DNA from: Chiloscyllium plagiosum | Lineage: Eukaryota | Reading direction: 5' to 3' | Length of the DNA stretch: 64,000 nucleotides | NCBI RefSeq assembly: GCF_004010195.1 | Contig: NC_057719.1 | Coordinates: forward strand, 81,196,682 to 81,260,681 | Shown here: in pieces, positions 40,827 to 53,896 of the stretch | Position numbering within the stretch: the stretch's first letter is position 1 | How the letters are laid out: each line of letters opens with the position of its first letter | The notes under the pieces: model-generated | Told to the model about the DNA's origin: nothing | Databases searched by the model: none | The model's input: the letters and a program-made list of their open reading frames with translations, nothing else | Translations under genes and position numbers: made by a program

Positions 40827-41027
40827 NNNNNNNNNNNNNNNNNNNNNNNNNNNNNNNNNNNNNNNNNNNNNNNNNNNNNNNNNNNNNNNNNNNNNNNNNN
40901 NNNNNNNNNNNNNNNNNNNNNNNNNNNNNNNNNNNNNNNNNNNNNNNNNNNNNNNNNNNNNNNNNNNNNNNNNNNNNNNNNNNNNNNNNNNNNNNNNNNN
41001 NNNNNNNNNNNNNNNNNNNNNNNNNNN
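40827..41027. other. Assembly gap
   Basis: Run of N. Confidence 1.
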
Positions 41028-42456
41028 ATCTGAGGTAACCCTCTTCGCTGTCCACTACACCTCCAATTTTGGTGTCATCTGCAAACTTACTAACTGTACC
41101 TCTTATGTTCGCATCCAAATCATTTATATAAATGACAAAAAGTAGAGGACCCAGCACTGATCCTTGTGGCACTCCACTGGTCACAGGCCTCCAGTCTGAA
41201 AAATAACCCTCCACTGCCACCTTCTGTCCTCTACCTTTGAGTCAGTTCTGTATCCAAATGGCTAGTTCTCCCTGTATTCCATGAGATCTAACCTTGCTAA
41301 CCAGTCTCCCATGGGGAACCTTGTCAAATGCCTTGCTGAAGTCCATATAGATCACATCTACCGCTCTGCCCTCATCAATCCTCTTTGTTACTTCTTCAAA
41401 AAACTCAATCTTTGTGAGACATGATTTCCCAAGCACAAAGCCATGGTGACTATCCCTAATCAGTCCTTGCCTTTCCAAATACATGTACATCCTGTCCCTC
41501 CTCAAACAACTTGCCCACGACCGACGTCAGGATCACTGGTCTATAGTTCCCTGGCTTGTCCTTACCACCCTTCGTAAACATTGACACCATGTTCGCCAAC
41601 CTCCAGTCTTCCGTCAGCTCACCTGTGACTATCGATGATACAAATATCTCAGCAAGAGGCTCAGCAATCACTTCGAGCTTCCCACAGAGTCCTAGGGTAC
41701 ACCTGATCAGGTCCGGGGGATTTATCCACTTTTATGCGTTTCAAGACATCCAGCACTTCCCTCCTCTGTAATCTGGACGTTTTGCAAGATGTCACCATCT
41801 ATTTCCCCATAGTCTAGATCTTCCATATCCTTTTCCACAGTAAATACTGCTGCAAAATACTCATTTAGTATCTCCCCCATTTTCTGCAGCTCCACTCAAA
41901 GGCTGCCTTGCTGATCTTTGAGGGGCTCTATTCACTCCTTAGTTACCCTTTTGTCCTTATTGTATTTGTAAAACCCTTTGGATTCTCCTTAATTCTATTT
42001 GCCAAAGCAAGCTCATGTCTCCTTTTTGTCCTCGTGATTTCCCTCTTAAGTATACTCCTACTGCCTTTATACTCTAAGGATTCACTCTATTTATTTTGTC
42101 TATACCTTACGTATGCTTGCTTCTTTTTCTTAACCAAAACCTCAATTTCTTTAGTCATCCAGCATTCCCTACACTTACCTGCCTTTCCTTTCACCCTAAC
42201 AAGAATATACTTTCTCTGGGTTCTTGTCATTTCATTTCTGAAGGTTTCCCATTGTCCATCCGTCCCTTTACCTGCGAACATCTGTCCCCAATCAGCTTTT
42301 GAAAGTTCTTGCCTAACACCATCAAAATTGGCCTTTGTCCAATTTAGAACTTCAACTTTTGGATCTGGTCTATCCTTTTCCATCATTATTTTAAATCTAA
42401 TGGAATTATAGTCGCTGGCCCCAAAAGGCTCCCCCACTGACACCTCAGTCACCTGC

Positions 42457-42742
42457 NNNNNNNNNNNNNNNNNNNNNNNNNNNNNNNNNNNNNNNNNNNN
42501 NNNNNNNNNNNNNNNNNNNNNNNNNNNNNNNNNNNNNNNNNNNNNNNNNNNNNNNNNNNNNNNNNNNNNNNNNNNNNNNNNNNNNNNNNNNNNNNNNNNN
42601 NNNNNNNNNNNNNNNNNNNNNNNNNNNNNNNNNNNNNNNNNNNNNNNNNNNNNNNNNNNNNNNNNNNNNNNNNNNNNNNNNNNNNNNNNNNNNNNNNNNN
42701 NNNNNNNNNNNNNNNNNNNNNNNNNNNNNNNNNNNNNNNNNN
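42457..42742. other. Assembly gap
   Basis: Run of N. Confidence 1.
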
Positions 42743-43726
42743 CTGTCCCCAATCAGCTTTTGAAAGTTCTTGCCTAATACCATCAAAATTGGCCTTTGTC
42801 CAATTTAGAACTTCAACTTTTGGATCTGGTCTATCCTTTTCCATCACTATTTTAAATCTAATAGAATTATGGTCACTGGCCCCAAAGTGCTCCCCCACTG
42901 ACACCTCAGTCACCTGCCCTGCCTTATTTCCCAAGAGTAAGTCAAGTTTTGCACCTTCTGTAGTAGGTACATCCACATACTGAATCAGAATATTTTCTTG
43001 TACACACTTAAATTCCTCTCCATCTAAACCCTTAACACTATGGCAGTCCCAGACTATGTTTGGAAAATTAAAATCCCCTACCATAACCGCCCTATTTTTC
43101 TTAAAGATAGCTGAGATCTCCTTACAAGTTTGTTTTTCTATTTCCCTCTGACTATTAGGGGATCTATAATACAATCCCAATAAGGTCATCATCCCTTTCT
43201 TATTTCTCAATTCCACCCAAATAAGTTACTTGGATGTGTTTCCGGGAATATCTTCCCTCAGTACAGCTGTAATGCTATCCCTTCTCAAAAATGCCACTCC
43301 CCCTCCTCTCTTGCCTCCCTTTCTTATCCTTCCTGTAGCATTTGCATTCTGGAACATTAAGCTCGACAACACTTTGCAAACCATCAACCTCTTCCACCCA
43401 AGAGGACAAAGGCAACAGATTCATGGGAGCACTTGTAAGCTCCCTTCATGTTTACACCATCCTGATAATCACTGGGACAGAATGCTAGAGCTTCCCCCAC
43501 TAATAACAATAAGTACCCTTGCGCCACCTGGACTGCATCAGTACAAGACGGGCTCACTTCCTCCACCCTTCAGTAATTTTCTATTTATTATGTATTCCTT
43601 TTCCTTGTCTGACCTTCCCAAATGCATTCCCATTCTCCAGGTTGAATTACATTTGCCACTGGTATGCCTACTTGACCAGTGCACTAATATATTAATTTGC
43701 TATCTACAGCTACCTTCATCATCAAC

Positions 43727-44325
43727 GTTAAAAATCACACAACACCAAGTTATAGTCCAATAGGTTTATTTGGAAGCACTAGTTTTCAGAACACTGCTCC
43801 TTCATCAGGTAGTTGTGAAGCAGGACATAAGGCACAGAATTTATAGCAAAAGATTACAGTGTCATGCAACAAAGTGATATATTAAACAACCCTCGATTGT
43901 TGTTAAGTCTTTCATCTTTTAGAATCAGTTCATTGATATGTGAATCTTAGAACTTCTTCAGTCACATTCTCAAGATAACTTAAGGTTTTATATAAAAAAA
44001 GCTGACATCTCAGCACAGACAATGCAGTAAACGTATGAGGTCAGAGTCCAGACCGTCTGGATACCGAATGAAACTGAACCCATTCTAAAAGATCAAAGAC
44101 TTAGCAACAACCGAGGGTTGCTTAATATATCATTTCAGTTGCATCACACTGTGATCGTTTACTATAAACTCTATGTCTTATAATCCTGCTTCACAACTAC
44201 CTGATGAAGGAGCAGTGCTCCAAAAGCTAGTACTTCCAAATAAACCCCTGTTGGACTATAACTTGGTGTTGTGTGATTTTTAACTATGTCCACCCCAGTC
44301 CAACACCAGCTTCTCCACATCATGT
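43727..44325. mobile_element. Penelope pLTR-derived insertion with long inverted arms
   Basis: GTTAAAAATCACACAACACC...GGTGTTGTGTGATTTTTAAC inverted termini; TCATCAAC flanking repeat. Confidence 0.85.
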
Positions 44326-46071
44326 TCATCAACATCACTGTCATTTTCATGTCATCTACAAACTTCATAATACACACATTAATATCCAAACTTTTAAATT
44401 TCCAGAAAATGTACAGAGCCCTGCAGAACCAGACTGAAAACAGCCTTCCAGTCTCAAAAACATCGCGCACTCTGTTTCCTGCCAGAGTCAATGTTGCACC
44501 CAGTTTACTACTTTCCCCTGAATTCCATGTGCTTTTACATTTTTATTTAATTAAATCTGTCATTATGTACTGCATCAAAAACGTTAATATCCATGTAGAC
44601 CACATCAGCGACACCACCCTCATTAATCCTCCTTGTTACTTCCTTAGAAAATTATATCAACTTAGTTAGTTAGACATGACCGCCTCCCAGCAAATCCATG
44701 CTGATGAGCTTTTATTAATTTGTGTCTAAGTGTAAGTTTATCCAGTCTCTAAGAATTGATTCCAACTATTTTTCTACTACCAGGTTTGACTGACTGGCCT
44801 GAAATTATTTGGTCTATCCCTCATTCTTGTGTCAAACAAAGGTACAACCTTAGCAGGTCTCACACCATTCAGCACCATGCCTCTATCCAAGCTTTTGTTA
44901 CTACTGCAAGAAATGTATTAAAAATGGTCAAGTGAGTCTTTTTTTTGGAATCTTTGCTGGTTCCTCTTTACTATATTTGCAGTTTCCAGACAATCAAATA
45001 CATATTATCTAGCACCATAAAAACTGGAACACTCCAACAATTTTAATTTCCAATATTTCCTTAGATCAAAGAGGCACTTCACCAATTAAATGCTATATCA
45101 ATGATAACTGGCACCTGAGCACTATCAAGTTGGCAGAGCAACCTTCAGCTGGCCATTGAGATTGACTAACAGTATAGCTAAAAGCATCTTATGCTTTTAT
45201 ATACATATATATGATCATGTAGTTGCAGTACACATTTAACTATGGTTTTGATTTCAAAGACCATGTGTGGCCCATGAAATAGTGACAAAACTCAAATGAC
45301 TGAATCGCACATGGTTTCCCAAAAAGTCAGCATATGTTTTGTAAACTAGCATTTTGGAGCTACCAGTATCATCCATTCCCAATGTAGGCCAGAAAACATG
45401 AAGCTTACTTTATTTTCTATTATACCTTCTAAGTAACTAATTAAATTCTGTTTCCCATCACAAACATAAGCTATGGTTCACTATTTAAATGCAGGAATCA
45501 CATAAGCTTCCAGTAGTCACCCTTATTCCCTTCACTAATTATATATAATCAGAAATAAATTTCATTAATTTATTGATCATTTAACTCCCTTTTGTCATAA
45601 ACTGTCTTTACCTCTTTGTTAGAACTCTTTCTAATGTCATGCCCACTATGTTAGTTTGCCTGGCTGATGCTGAGGTAAGGTAATTATTTAACATTTCTGC
45701 CATTTTGCATTCATTACTTGTGAGTTTTTCTGTGTATTTCTTAGTAGCTCTACCCATTATCATTATTGTTCCTTGGTTATTTACTTCTATATGATACATT
45801 ACTATTTCTTCTTATAATCCTTGATTATTTTATAGTTTCTCTTTACCTTTCTAATTTTGTGCGCTTTCTGAACCTTTTATATTTCTTTTCATTATCCCCT
45901 CCTTTTTTAATTTAATTAGCATGCTTAGTTTTGCTTAATTTCAATATTATTCTGTGTACACATGTATGTTGTATATGATTTCCACTTTTGTTTTTTTGTC
46001 AGTAATTTTTTTTTTCAGTTGTTTTCCCATTTCAATTCTTATATCTTTGAAATCAACTCCTCCTCACCAAA

Positions 46072-46574
46072 GCGGAAAGATGTTATGAAACTTCAGACAA
46101 GATTTACAAGGATGTTGCCAGGGTTGGAGGATCTAAGCTACAGGGAGAGGCTGAACAGGTTGGGCTGTTTTCCCTGGAGCGTCGGAGGCTGAGGGGTGAC
46201 CTAACAGAGGTTTACAAAATTATGAGGGGCATGGATAGGATAAATAGATAAAGTCTTTTCCCTGGGGTTGGGGACTCCAGAACTAGAGGGCATAGGTTTA
46301 GGATGAGAGGGGAAAGATATAAACGAGACCTACGAGGCAACTTCTTCACGCAGAGGGTGGCACGTGTATGGAATGAGCTGCCAGAGGATGTGGTGGAGGC
46401 TGGTACAATTGCAACATTTAAGAGGCATTTGGATGGGTATATGAATAGGAAGGGTTTGGAGGGCTATGCGCTGGGTGCTGGCAGGTGGGACTAGATTTGG
46501 GTTGGGATATCTGGTCAGCATGGACGGGTTGGACTGATGGATCTGTTTCCATGCTGTACATTTCTATGACTCTA
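46072..46574 (+). mobile_element. CR1-clade LINE 3' fragment
   Basis: ORF2 C-terminus and CTATGACTCTA tail. Confidence 0.92.
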
Positions 46575-47710
46575 TAACTCCCCTCCCCATACTGAAACAC
46601 TGATCTTGTCTTCCTTCATTTCTCTGATAAAACTATGTTTTGAACTATTCCTTAGAGAACTTGGAAGTTTCAAGGAACAATCATATTTGATTTGAAATAT
46701 TAACTCTGCTGGTCTCTTCACAGATGCTGCCAGATCTATTGAGTTTCCCCCAGACTTTGTTTTTATGACAGAAACACATGTATATGACTGAACTCAATGT
46801 TCCCTGCTGGTTGACCAGTTCATAACCGTAATTCTATTATTCTATAATTACAGTATATTGGATATGTACAGCTGTCTAATTATTCTTAATCACCTTTGAC
46901 CTGAGGGCCAAGCCACACTGGTGAACAAATCCTGCAAGCAGCTGTGGCACTAGTTTATCTGCCTTGCCGACAAAAGAAAACCCTGTTTTAAATCCAAACA
47001 CTGTTCTTCTGCAACCAAGACTGTGCAGTTGGCAAAACATTTTCTAAATACATAGAATGATTAGATCATATGACCAATTGGGATAGCACATGTCAGTTAC
47101 CATCATTTTCAACAGTCCCAGAAATTCCCAAGTGTTTGAAATATCTCTAGTGCAAATCCAGTCAAAACAGCACTAGAGAATTTTTTATTAAACTATATGA
47201 TACAATTGCCTGCACATTCAGTTAAAAAAAGTGTTCCAAAATCCTCGATCCTGCTCTACATTATGTGGAATTTGTTTGAAGATCAGCTATGATCTCATTG
47301 AATGGCAGAAAAGCTTCAAGAGGCTACATGGCCTATTTCAACTTCTATGTTTGTCTTCTGCATAGCAATGAAGCATGTACTCCTGGTTATACATGCAGCT
47401 GCCAAAAAGGTCCCTTAAAAAAGGGGCCACATTTCATGAGGAATTTCTGAATAGTATGACAGGTTGTTCACAATACAGGAAAATAATCAAATAAAAGCTT
47501 AAATCGGAAAACTCTAGATCCAATACATAAGGGCTTTGTAAATATGAAAAGGGGAGCTTTGATTTAGCATAAATTGTCAACTACTGTGCAGATATGAGCA
47601 TGAGTACAGAAGATTCCAACACACAAACAGTAAACTGGATGAATTTTGTTTAACTGTATCAGTATCCAAGTATTTTTAACTTATGCATAGTCTAACACAG
47701 CTAGGTTTAA

Positions 47711-47896
47711 GTCTAGATTAGACTGGTGCTGGAAAAGCACAGCAGGTCAGGCAGCATCCGACGAGCAGAAAAATCGATGTTTCGAGTCCGAAACGTCGAT
47801 TTTCCTGTTCCTCAGATGCTGCCTGACCTGCTGTGTTTTTCCAGCACCACTCTAATATAGACTCTGATCTCCAGCATCTGCAGTCCTCACTTTTGC
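47711..47896. mobile_element. Penelope pLTR-derived palindromic insertion
   Basis: Inverted arms, same family as 49014-49231; degenerate TSD ending AGGTTTAA. Confidence 0.82.
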
Positions 47897-49013
47897 ACAG
47901 GCCAGGTTTAATGTAATTCCCAACATATACATACACACACTTTCAGCACAGATTATTGTATTGCAATTAGGAGCACAAACTCTGGATGATTTAATTTGTC
48001 TTGCTTCATGGCTCCTGCCATTACTTGCATTAGCTTCACTTTTAACCCAGCTGTCAAAATTCTAAAGTTTTGTTTGATTCCACCATTCACTGCCTTAATT
48101 AGTTGAATGCTAACACGAGTAGACAGCGGTGTTGATAGCAAAGTTAATACACCATGCTAGGAAATAGAGAGGAACAAATTTGTACCCATTATTATTTCAG
48201 AACTATTTTATATAGCAGTTTGACTCCTATCTTTGGGTTTGACAGGAATGAGCTCTTGATCAACACTGACGCTCCAGATTTTCAACATCAGAAGTACTGC
48301 CTTTCATCTACCATCTCCAAGAGTTCAGGTGGATGTAATAAATCTCATCTCAGTCTTTTGAAGAAGCTTATCAAGATTACTTGGTGTTTCCTCAACACTC
48401 ACCCCAGCATTATCACCATCAATAACAGTTTAACTGGCTATTTTCTTGCTGTTTTTATTGGAATTCTGCAAAGGTCAAAATTCTTTCTCTGTGTCAACAT
48501 AATAGTTACTGTTCTTGAAAGTAATTCAATCCTGAGGAGAAACTAGGACACTTCAGAGACAATGACAAGGTACGATGCAAAAGCTTTCCTTTTACCATAT
48601 TTGGGTATTGCTCTTCGAGTAAACGTCATCTTGGACAAAAGGGAAGGGTAGGAAGGAAAGCGGGGGGGGGGGTGATTATTTATTTATTTATTATTGGATT
48701 TTTTTAATCATTACATTTTCTCAATGCCTAATAGCTGGTTTCTGAATACATTGATACACTAGTGCATATTATTATAGCAAGGAGTGAATCACAGTGAGAA
48801 CAGGCAGTCAATGGCAATAAAGCAATTCAGGGAGGATTGTGGCCAAATTGCTGTATGGTAAAAGTACAGTAGTTCTGTGATCAATGTGGATAGGATCGCT
48901 CTCTGTAGTTACTGAAGCAGGTAAATGATTGGTTCGGTGTTTCTTTTAAGCAGCACTCATGTTAACGTAAGTAAGGCAATTTTTTGATTTAGTCTTGCAC
49001 TTGATGCAATGGC

Positions 49014-49231
49014 TGAAAAATGTGTTGCTGGAAAAGCGCAGCAGGTCAGGCATCAAAGGAGCAGGAGAATCGACGTTTCGGGCATAAGCCCTTCTTCAGC
49101 CTTCCTGAAGAAGGGCTTATGCCCGAAACGTCGATTCTCCTGCTCCTTTGATGCTGCCTGACCTGCTGCGCTTTTCCAGCAACACAGTTTTCAGCTCCGA
49201 TCTCCAGCGTCTGCAGTCCTCACTTTCTCCT
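49014..49231. mobile_element. Penelope pLTR-derived palindromic insertion
   Basis: About 90-bp inverted arms around a CCTTC spacer; TSD ACTTGATGCAATG(GC) at 48999-49013 and 49232-49246. Confidence 0.9.
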
Positions 49232-49654
49232 ACTTGATGCAATGGCAACAATGAATAGACAAAAGCAGTTGGTCATCAGGTCTGGTTACAGGAACTGCAG
49301 GACATAACCAAAGAAATTTGGGAGGAATCTTTCCTAGAAACAAAACTGTGATTTAGCAAATGCGAGATAGATTCCTGTGGAACAAGTAATGTCTGAATGG
49401 ATTGGGGTTCAGATACAGGGGCAAATTGGCAGTGCCTGCTGTCTGGTTACCTCAGGTTTCTGAATTGCAGCCAATATGCACCAACCCAGGGATCGGTCTT
49501 GAATAGAAGTACAGCTAGCCTTCTGCTAACATTTAAAGTCAATCCAATCTCTGCACTGAAATAAAGCCTCAATATGAGTTAGTAGTTTTCAAATGGGTTT
49601 TGGTCTACTTGTTCCAAGAGAACAAAGTTAGAAAGGACTGTGCAAGAGTAACTA

Positions 49655-49870
<216 letters not shown>

Positions 49871-50234
49871 TTACTTCAAACATAATCTGTATTCATCCGG
49901 ATGCACTAACATTAGACTTTATGGCCAAATAAAAATAGGGAGCAAGCCTACACCTGCACAGAAGTAGAGTTATTAAAAGGAGACTGGGAAATCCACCCCT
50001 TTAACAAAACGTAGCTGAGAATCATTGAAGGGGTACCGAGCCGAAGGAGGACAGTCTGGTCAAGTCTATGCCAGCTTTGCGCAAGAGCAATTTTGCCAGT
50101 CCTTCTCCTAGGCCTTCACTCTATCGCTTTACAAATTCTCTCTCTCTCTCCAGGTGCTTATCCAATTCCCTCTTGAAAGCACCAACTGAAGCTGCCTCTA
50201 CTGCACTTTTATGCAGTGCCAGACCATAAATATC

Positions 50235-50739
50235 TGTGGTGTAAAATTCCAAGCAGTGGAATGTGGTGAAACGGTTAAAAATTATGTCCCAATACATGTG
50301 TGAATCTAACCGGAATGGAGGTGTTGCTTAGTCCCGTGTGAATCTTATTACACACCTCCCCGTGTGAATCTTCTTATCTGTATGTAACCAGAATGGAATG
50401 TGTTTTTTAGCCTTGCTCTGCTGTTCACATGAATGTTTATATCTGGAAAAGAGTATATCAGCTGGAAAAGTCTCCAGTTCGGTGAGTCTGCTCCGGGGTT
50501 ACGTTTAACCGCCGAGCGTGGGTTGTTGGCAACCGCTCTACGAGAACTGACGGCTCCCAGTTCCGGTAACACGTAGAGTGAGTATAAACCAGACCCGTTG
50601 TAAGTACGAGACCTGGTTGAGGCGACGCTGCGGGGAATAAAATACCCATATTCTAGCAGACTCGCCTCTTGGCTGTTTGTTCTGTGTCAGACTACTTTCC
50701 TGCGAGCCTGGTCCTTGACCTTGAGAATTTTCTAAAACT
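50235..50739 (+). mobile_element. LTR of a second, unrelated LTR element
   Basis: Starts TG after TATC; GTGTGAATCT U3-like repeats; TATAAA 50583; AATAAA 50636; imperfect terminal inverted repeat (ends CT rather than CA); followed by TT and a PBS; CpG-rich. Confidence 0.75.
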
Positions 50740-50741
50740 TT

Positions 50742-50759
50742 TGGCGCTGCGAGCAGGGT
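50742..50759 (+). promoter_or_regulatory. Primer binding site, tRNA-Ser
   Basis: TGGCGCTGCGAGCAGGGT, 1-2 mismatches to the complement of vertebrate tRNA-Ser(TGA/CGA) 3' ends as recalled. Confidence 0.8.
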
Positions 50760-50983
50760 CAATCGCAATTGAGGAGAGATTTTGATACAGAACAATGTTT
50801 TGGAAAAAGGCTAAGAAACCAGAGGAACAAACTGTGGAGGTCCCGACCGTCCCGGGATGGCATGGATGTGGGCATGTACGTGGCAGTTTGTTTGAGAAAG
50901 GATCCCAGTCCTGCCGAAGAACCCCTTGCCTGGGGTACAGCGGAGGATGTGGGCATGTCCAAAAAACTGAAGCGGAGTTAACA

Positions 50984-51192
50984 GAATTGAATGGGATTGA
51001 ACTGAACTGAACTGAGTGGAACTGAAGTGAATCAAAGTGAACGGAACAAAATGGAACTGAGCTAAATTGAATTGAAATGGACGGAACTGAATTGAACACA
51101 ATTGAATTGAACTGAACAGACCTGAACTGAGCTGAATTGAACTACACTGAATTGACTGAACTGAAATTAACTGAAACGAATTGAACTGAATT
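50984..51192. repeat. Degenerate (GAACT/GAATT)n pentanucleotide array
   Basis: About 40 imperfect 5-bp units, directly visible. Confidence 0.93.
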
Positions 51193-51265
51193 AAGCATAA
51201 AGTAACACATGTATTGGGCCAAGCAGTGGAATGTGGTGAAACAGTTAAAAATTATGTCCCAATAC

Positions 51266-53896
51266 GCCTCCAGTCTGAAAAACAACCCTCCACCACCACC
51301 CTGTATCTTCTACCTTTGAGCCAGTTCTGTATCCAAATGGCTAGTTCTCCCTGTATTCCATGAGATCTAACCTTGCTAACCAGTGTCCCATGGGGAACCT
51401 TGTCGAACGCCTTACTGAAGTCCATATAGATCACATCTACTGCTCTGCCCTCATCAATCTTCATTGTTACTTCTTCAAATAACTCATTCAAGTTTGTGAG
51501 ACATGATTTCCCACGCACAAAGCAATGTTGACTATCCCTGATCAGTGCTTGCCTTTCCAAATACATGTACATCCTGTCCCTCAGGATTCCTCCCAACAGC
51601 TTACCCACCACTGAGGTCAGACTCGCCGGTCAATAGTTCCCTGGCTTGTCTTTACCACCCTTCTTAAACAGTGGCACCACGTTTGCAAACCTCCAGTCTT
51701 CCGGCACCTACCAGTGACTATCGATGATACAAATAGCTCAACAAGAGGCCCAGCATTCACTTCTCTAGCTTCCCACAGCTACAGGGTACACCTGATCAGG
51801 TCCTGGGGATTTATCCACCTTTAACCGTTTCAAGACATCCAGCACTTCCTCCTCTGTAATATGGACATTTTGCAAGATGTCACCATCTATTTCCCCATAG
51901 TCTATATCTTCCATATCCTTTTCCACAGTAAATACTGATGCAAAATATTCATTTAGTATCTCCCCCATTTTCTGTGGCTCCACACAAAGGCCGCCTTGCT
52001 GATCTTTGAGGGGCCCTATTCTCTCCCTAGTTACCCTCTTGTCCTCATAATATATTTGCAAAAACCCTTTGGATTCTCCTTAACTCTATTTGCCAAAGCT
52101 AGCTCATGTCTCCTTTTTGTCCTCGTGATTTCCCTCTTAAGTATACTCCTACTGCCTTTGTACTCTAAGGATTCACTATCTATTTTGTCTATACCTTACG
52201 TATGCTTGCTTCTTTTTCTTAACCAAAACCTCAATTTCTTTAGTCATCCAGCATTACCTATACCTACCCCTAGCCTTTCCTTTCACCCTAACAGGAATAT
52301 ACTTTCTCTGGGTTCTTGTCATCTCATTTCTGAAGGTTTCCCATTGTCCATCCGTCCCTTTACCTGCCATACTGAATCAGAATATTTTCTTGTACACACT
52401 TAAATTCCTCTCCATCTAAACCCTTAACACTATGGCAGTCCCAGACTATGTTTGAAAATTAAAATCCCTGACCATAACCACCCTATTTTTCTTAAAGATA
52501 GCTGAACTTTCCTTACAAGTTTGTTTCTCAATTTCCCTCTGACTATGAGGGGATCTATAATACAATCCCAATAAGGTTATCATCCCTTTCTTATTTCTCA
52601 GTTCCACCCAAATAAGTTACCTGGATGTATTTCTTGGAATATCCTCCCTCAGTACAGCTGTAATGCTCTCCCTCCTCAAAAATGCCACTCCCCCTCCTCT
52701 CGTCTCCCTTTCTATCCTTCCTGTAGCATTTGTATTCTGGAACATTAAGCTGCCAGTCCTGCCCATCCTGAGCCATGTTTCTGTAATTGCTATGATACCC
52801 CAGTCCCATGTTCCTAACCACGCCCTGAGTTCATCTGCCTTCCCTGTTAGGCCCCTTGCATTGAAATAAATGCAGTTTAATTTAGTAGTCCTACCTCATT
52901 CCTACCTGTTTGATTCACTTCTGTTCTCAACTGTACCAGTCTCAGATTGATGTCTTTCCTCACTATCTCCTTGGGTTCCACCACCTCCCCCCCACCCCAC
53001 TAGTTTAAATCCTCCCAAGCAGGTCCAGCAAATTTCCCTGCCAGTATATTAGTCCCATTCCAATTTAGGTGCAATCCGTCCTTCTTGTACACGTCACTTT
53101 TACCCCAAAAGAGATTCCAATGATCCAAAGATGTGAATCCTTCTCCCATACACCAGCTCCTCAGCCATACATTCATCTGCTCTATCCTCCTATTCCTGCC
53201 CTCACTAGCTCGTAGCACTGGGAGTAATCCAGATATTACTACCCTTGAGGACCTCCTTTTTAAATTCCTGCCCAACTCTCTGTAATCTCCCTTCAGAGTA
53301 TCAACCTTTTCCCTTCCTACATCGTTGGTTCCATTATGCACAATGATCTCCGCTGGCCCCTCTCCCCCGTAAGAACATTCTGCACCCTCTCTGAGACATC
53401 CTTGATCCTGGTACCAGGGAAACAACACACCATTCTGCTTTTTCTTTGCTGGCCACACAAACATCTGTCTGTACCTCGGACTACAGCATCCCCCAACACA
53501 ATTGATCTCTTGGAAGCTGACGCACCGCTCGTTGCATTAGAGCCAGTCTCAATACCAGAAACTTGGCTGTTCGTGCTACGTTCCCCTGAGAATCCATTAC
53601 CCCCTACATTTTCCAAAACAGCATACCTGTTCCAAATGGGTATATCCGCAAAAGACTCCTGCCCTCGGTGCTGACCTCTCTTACCCTTCCTGGAGTTAAC
53701 CCATCTTTGTGACTGTATCTGAGACTTTACCCCCTTCCTATAACTGCCCTCCATCACATACTGTTGCTGTTGCAAATTCCTCATCGCTTCTATCTGTCTC
53801 TCCAACCGATCCACTCGATCTGATAAGATTCGCATCCAACAGCATTTATGGCAGATATAATCCGCAGTAACCCTTAAACTCTCTTTAAACTCCCAC
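51266..53896 (-). mobile_element. CR1-clade LINE lacking its 3' end, with an internal deletion at 52367/52368
   Basis: ORF1 (coiled coil plus esterase, DGLHLN), APE and partial RT ending at ...CFSDWR. Confidence 0.93.

Larger units (their letters stand above)
40318..43363 (-). mobile_element. CR1-clade LINE, 5'-truncated, spanning two gaps
   Basis: APE and RT ORF fragments on the minus strand; 3' tail at 40318. Confidence 0.93.

Noticed and set aside
50984..51192. CRISPR array or coding repeat (ORFs 50692-51101)
   Set aside because: Simple pentamer satellite with no spacers, in eukaryotic DNA
50249..51265. 47-bp direct repeat as a TSD, or an intact two-LTR TRIM
   Set aside because: Too long for an integrase TSD, lies inside the LTR, and the second copy lacks the LTR start, a PPT and the rest of the LTR
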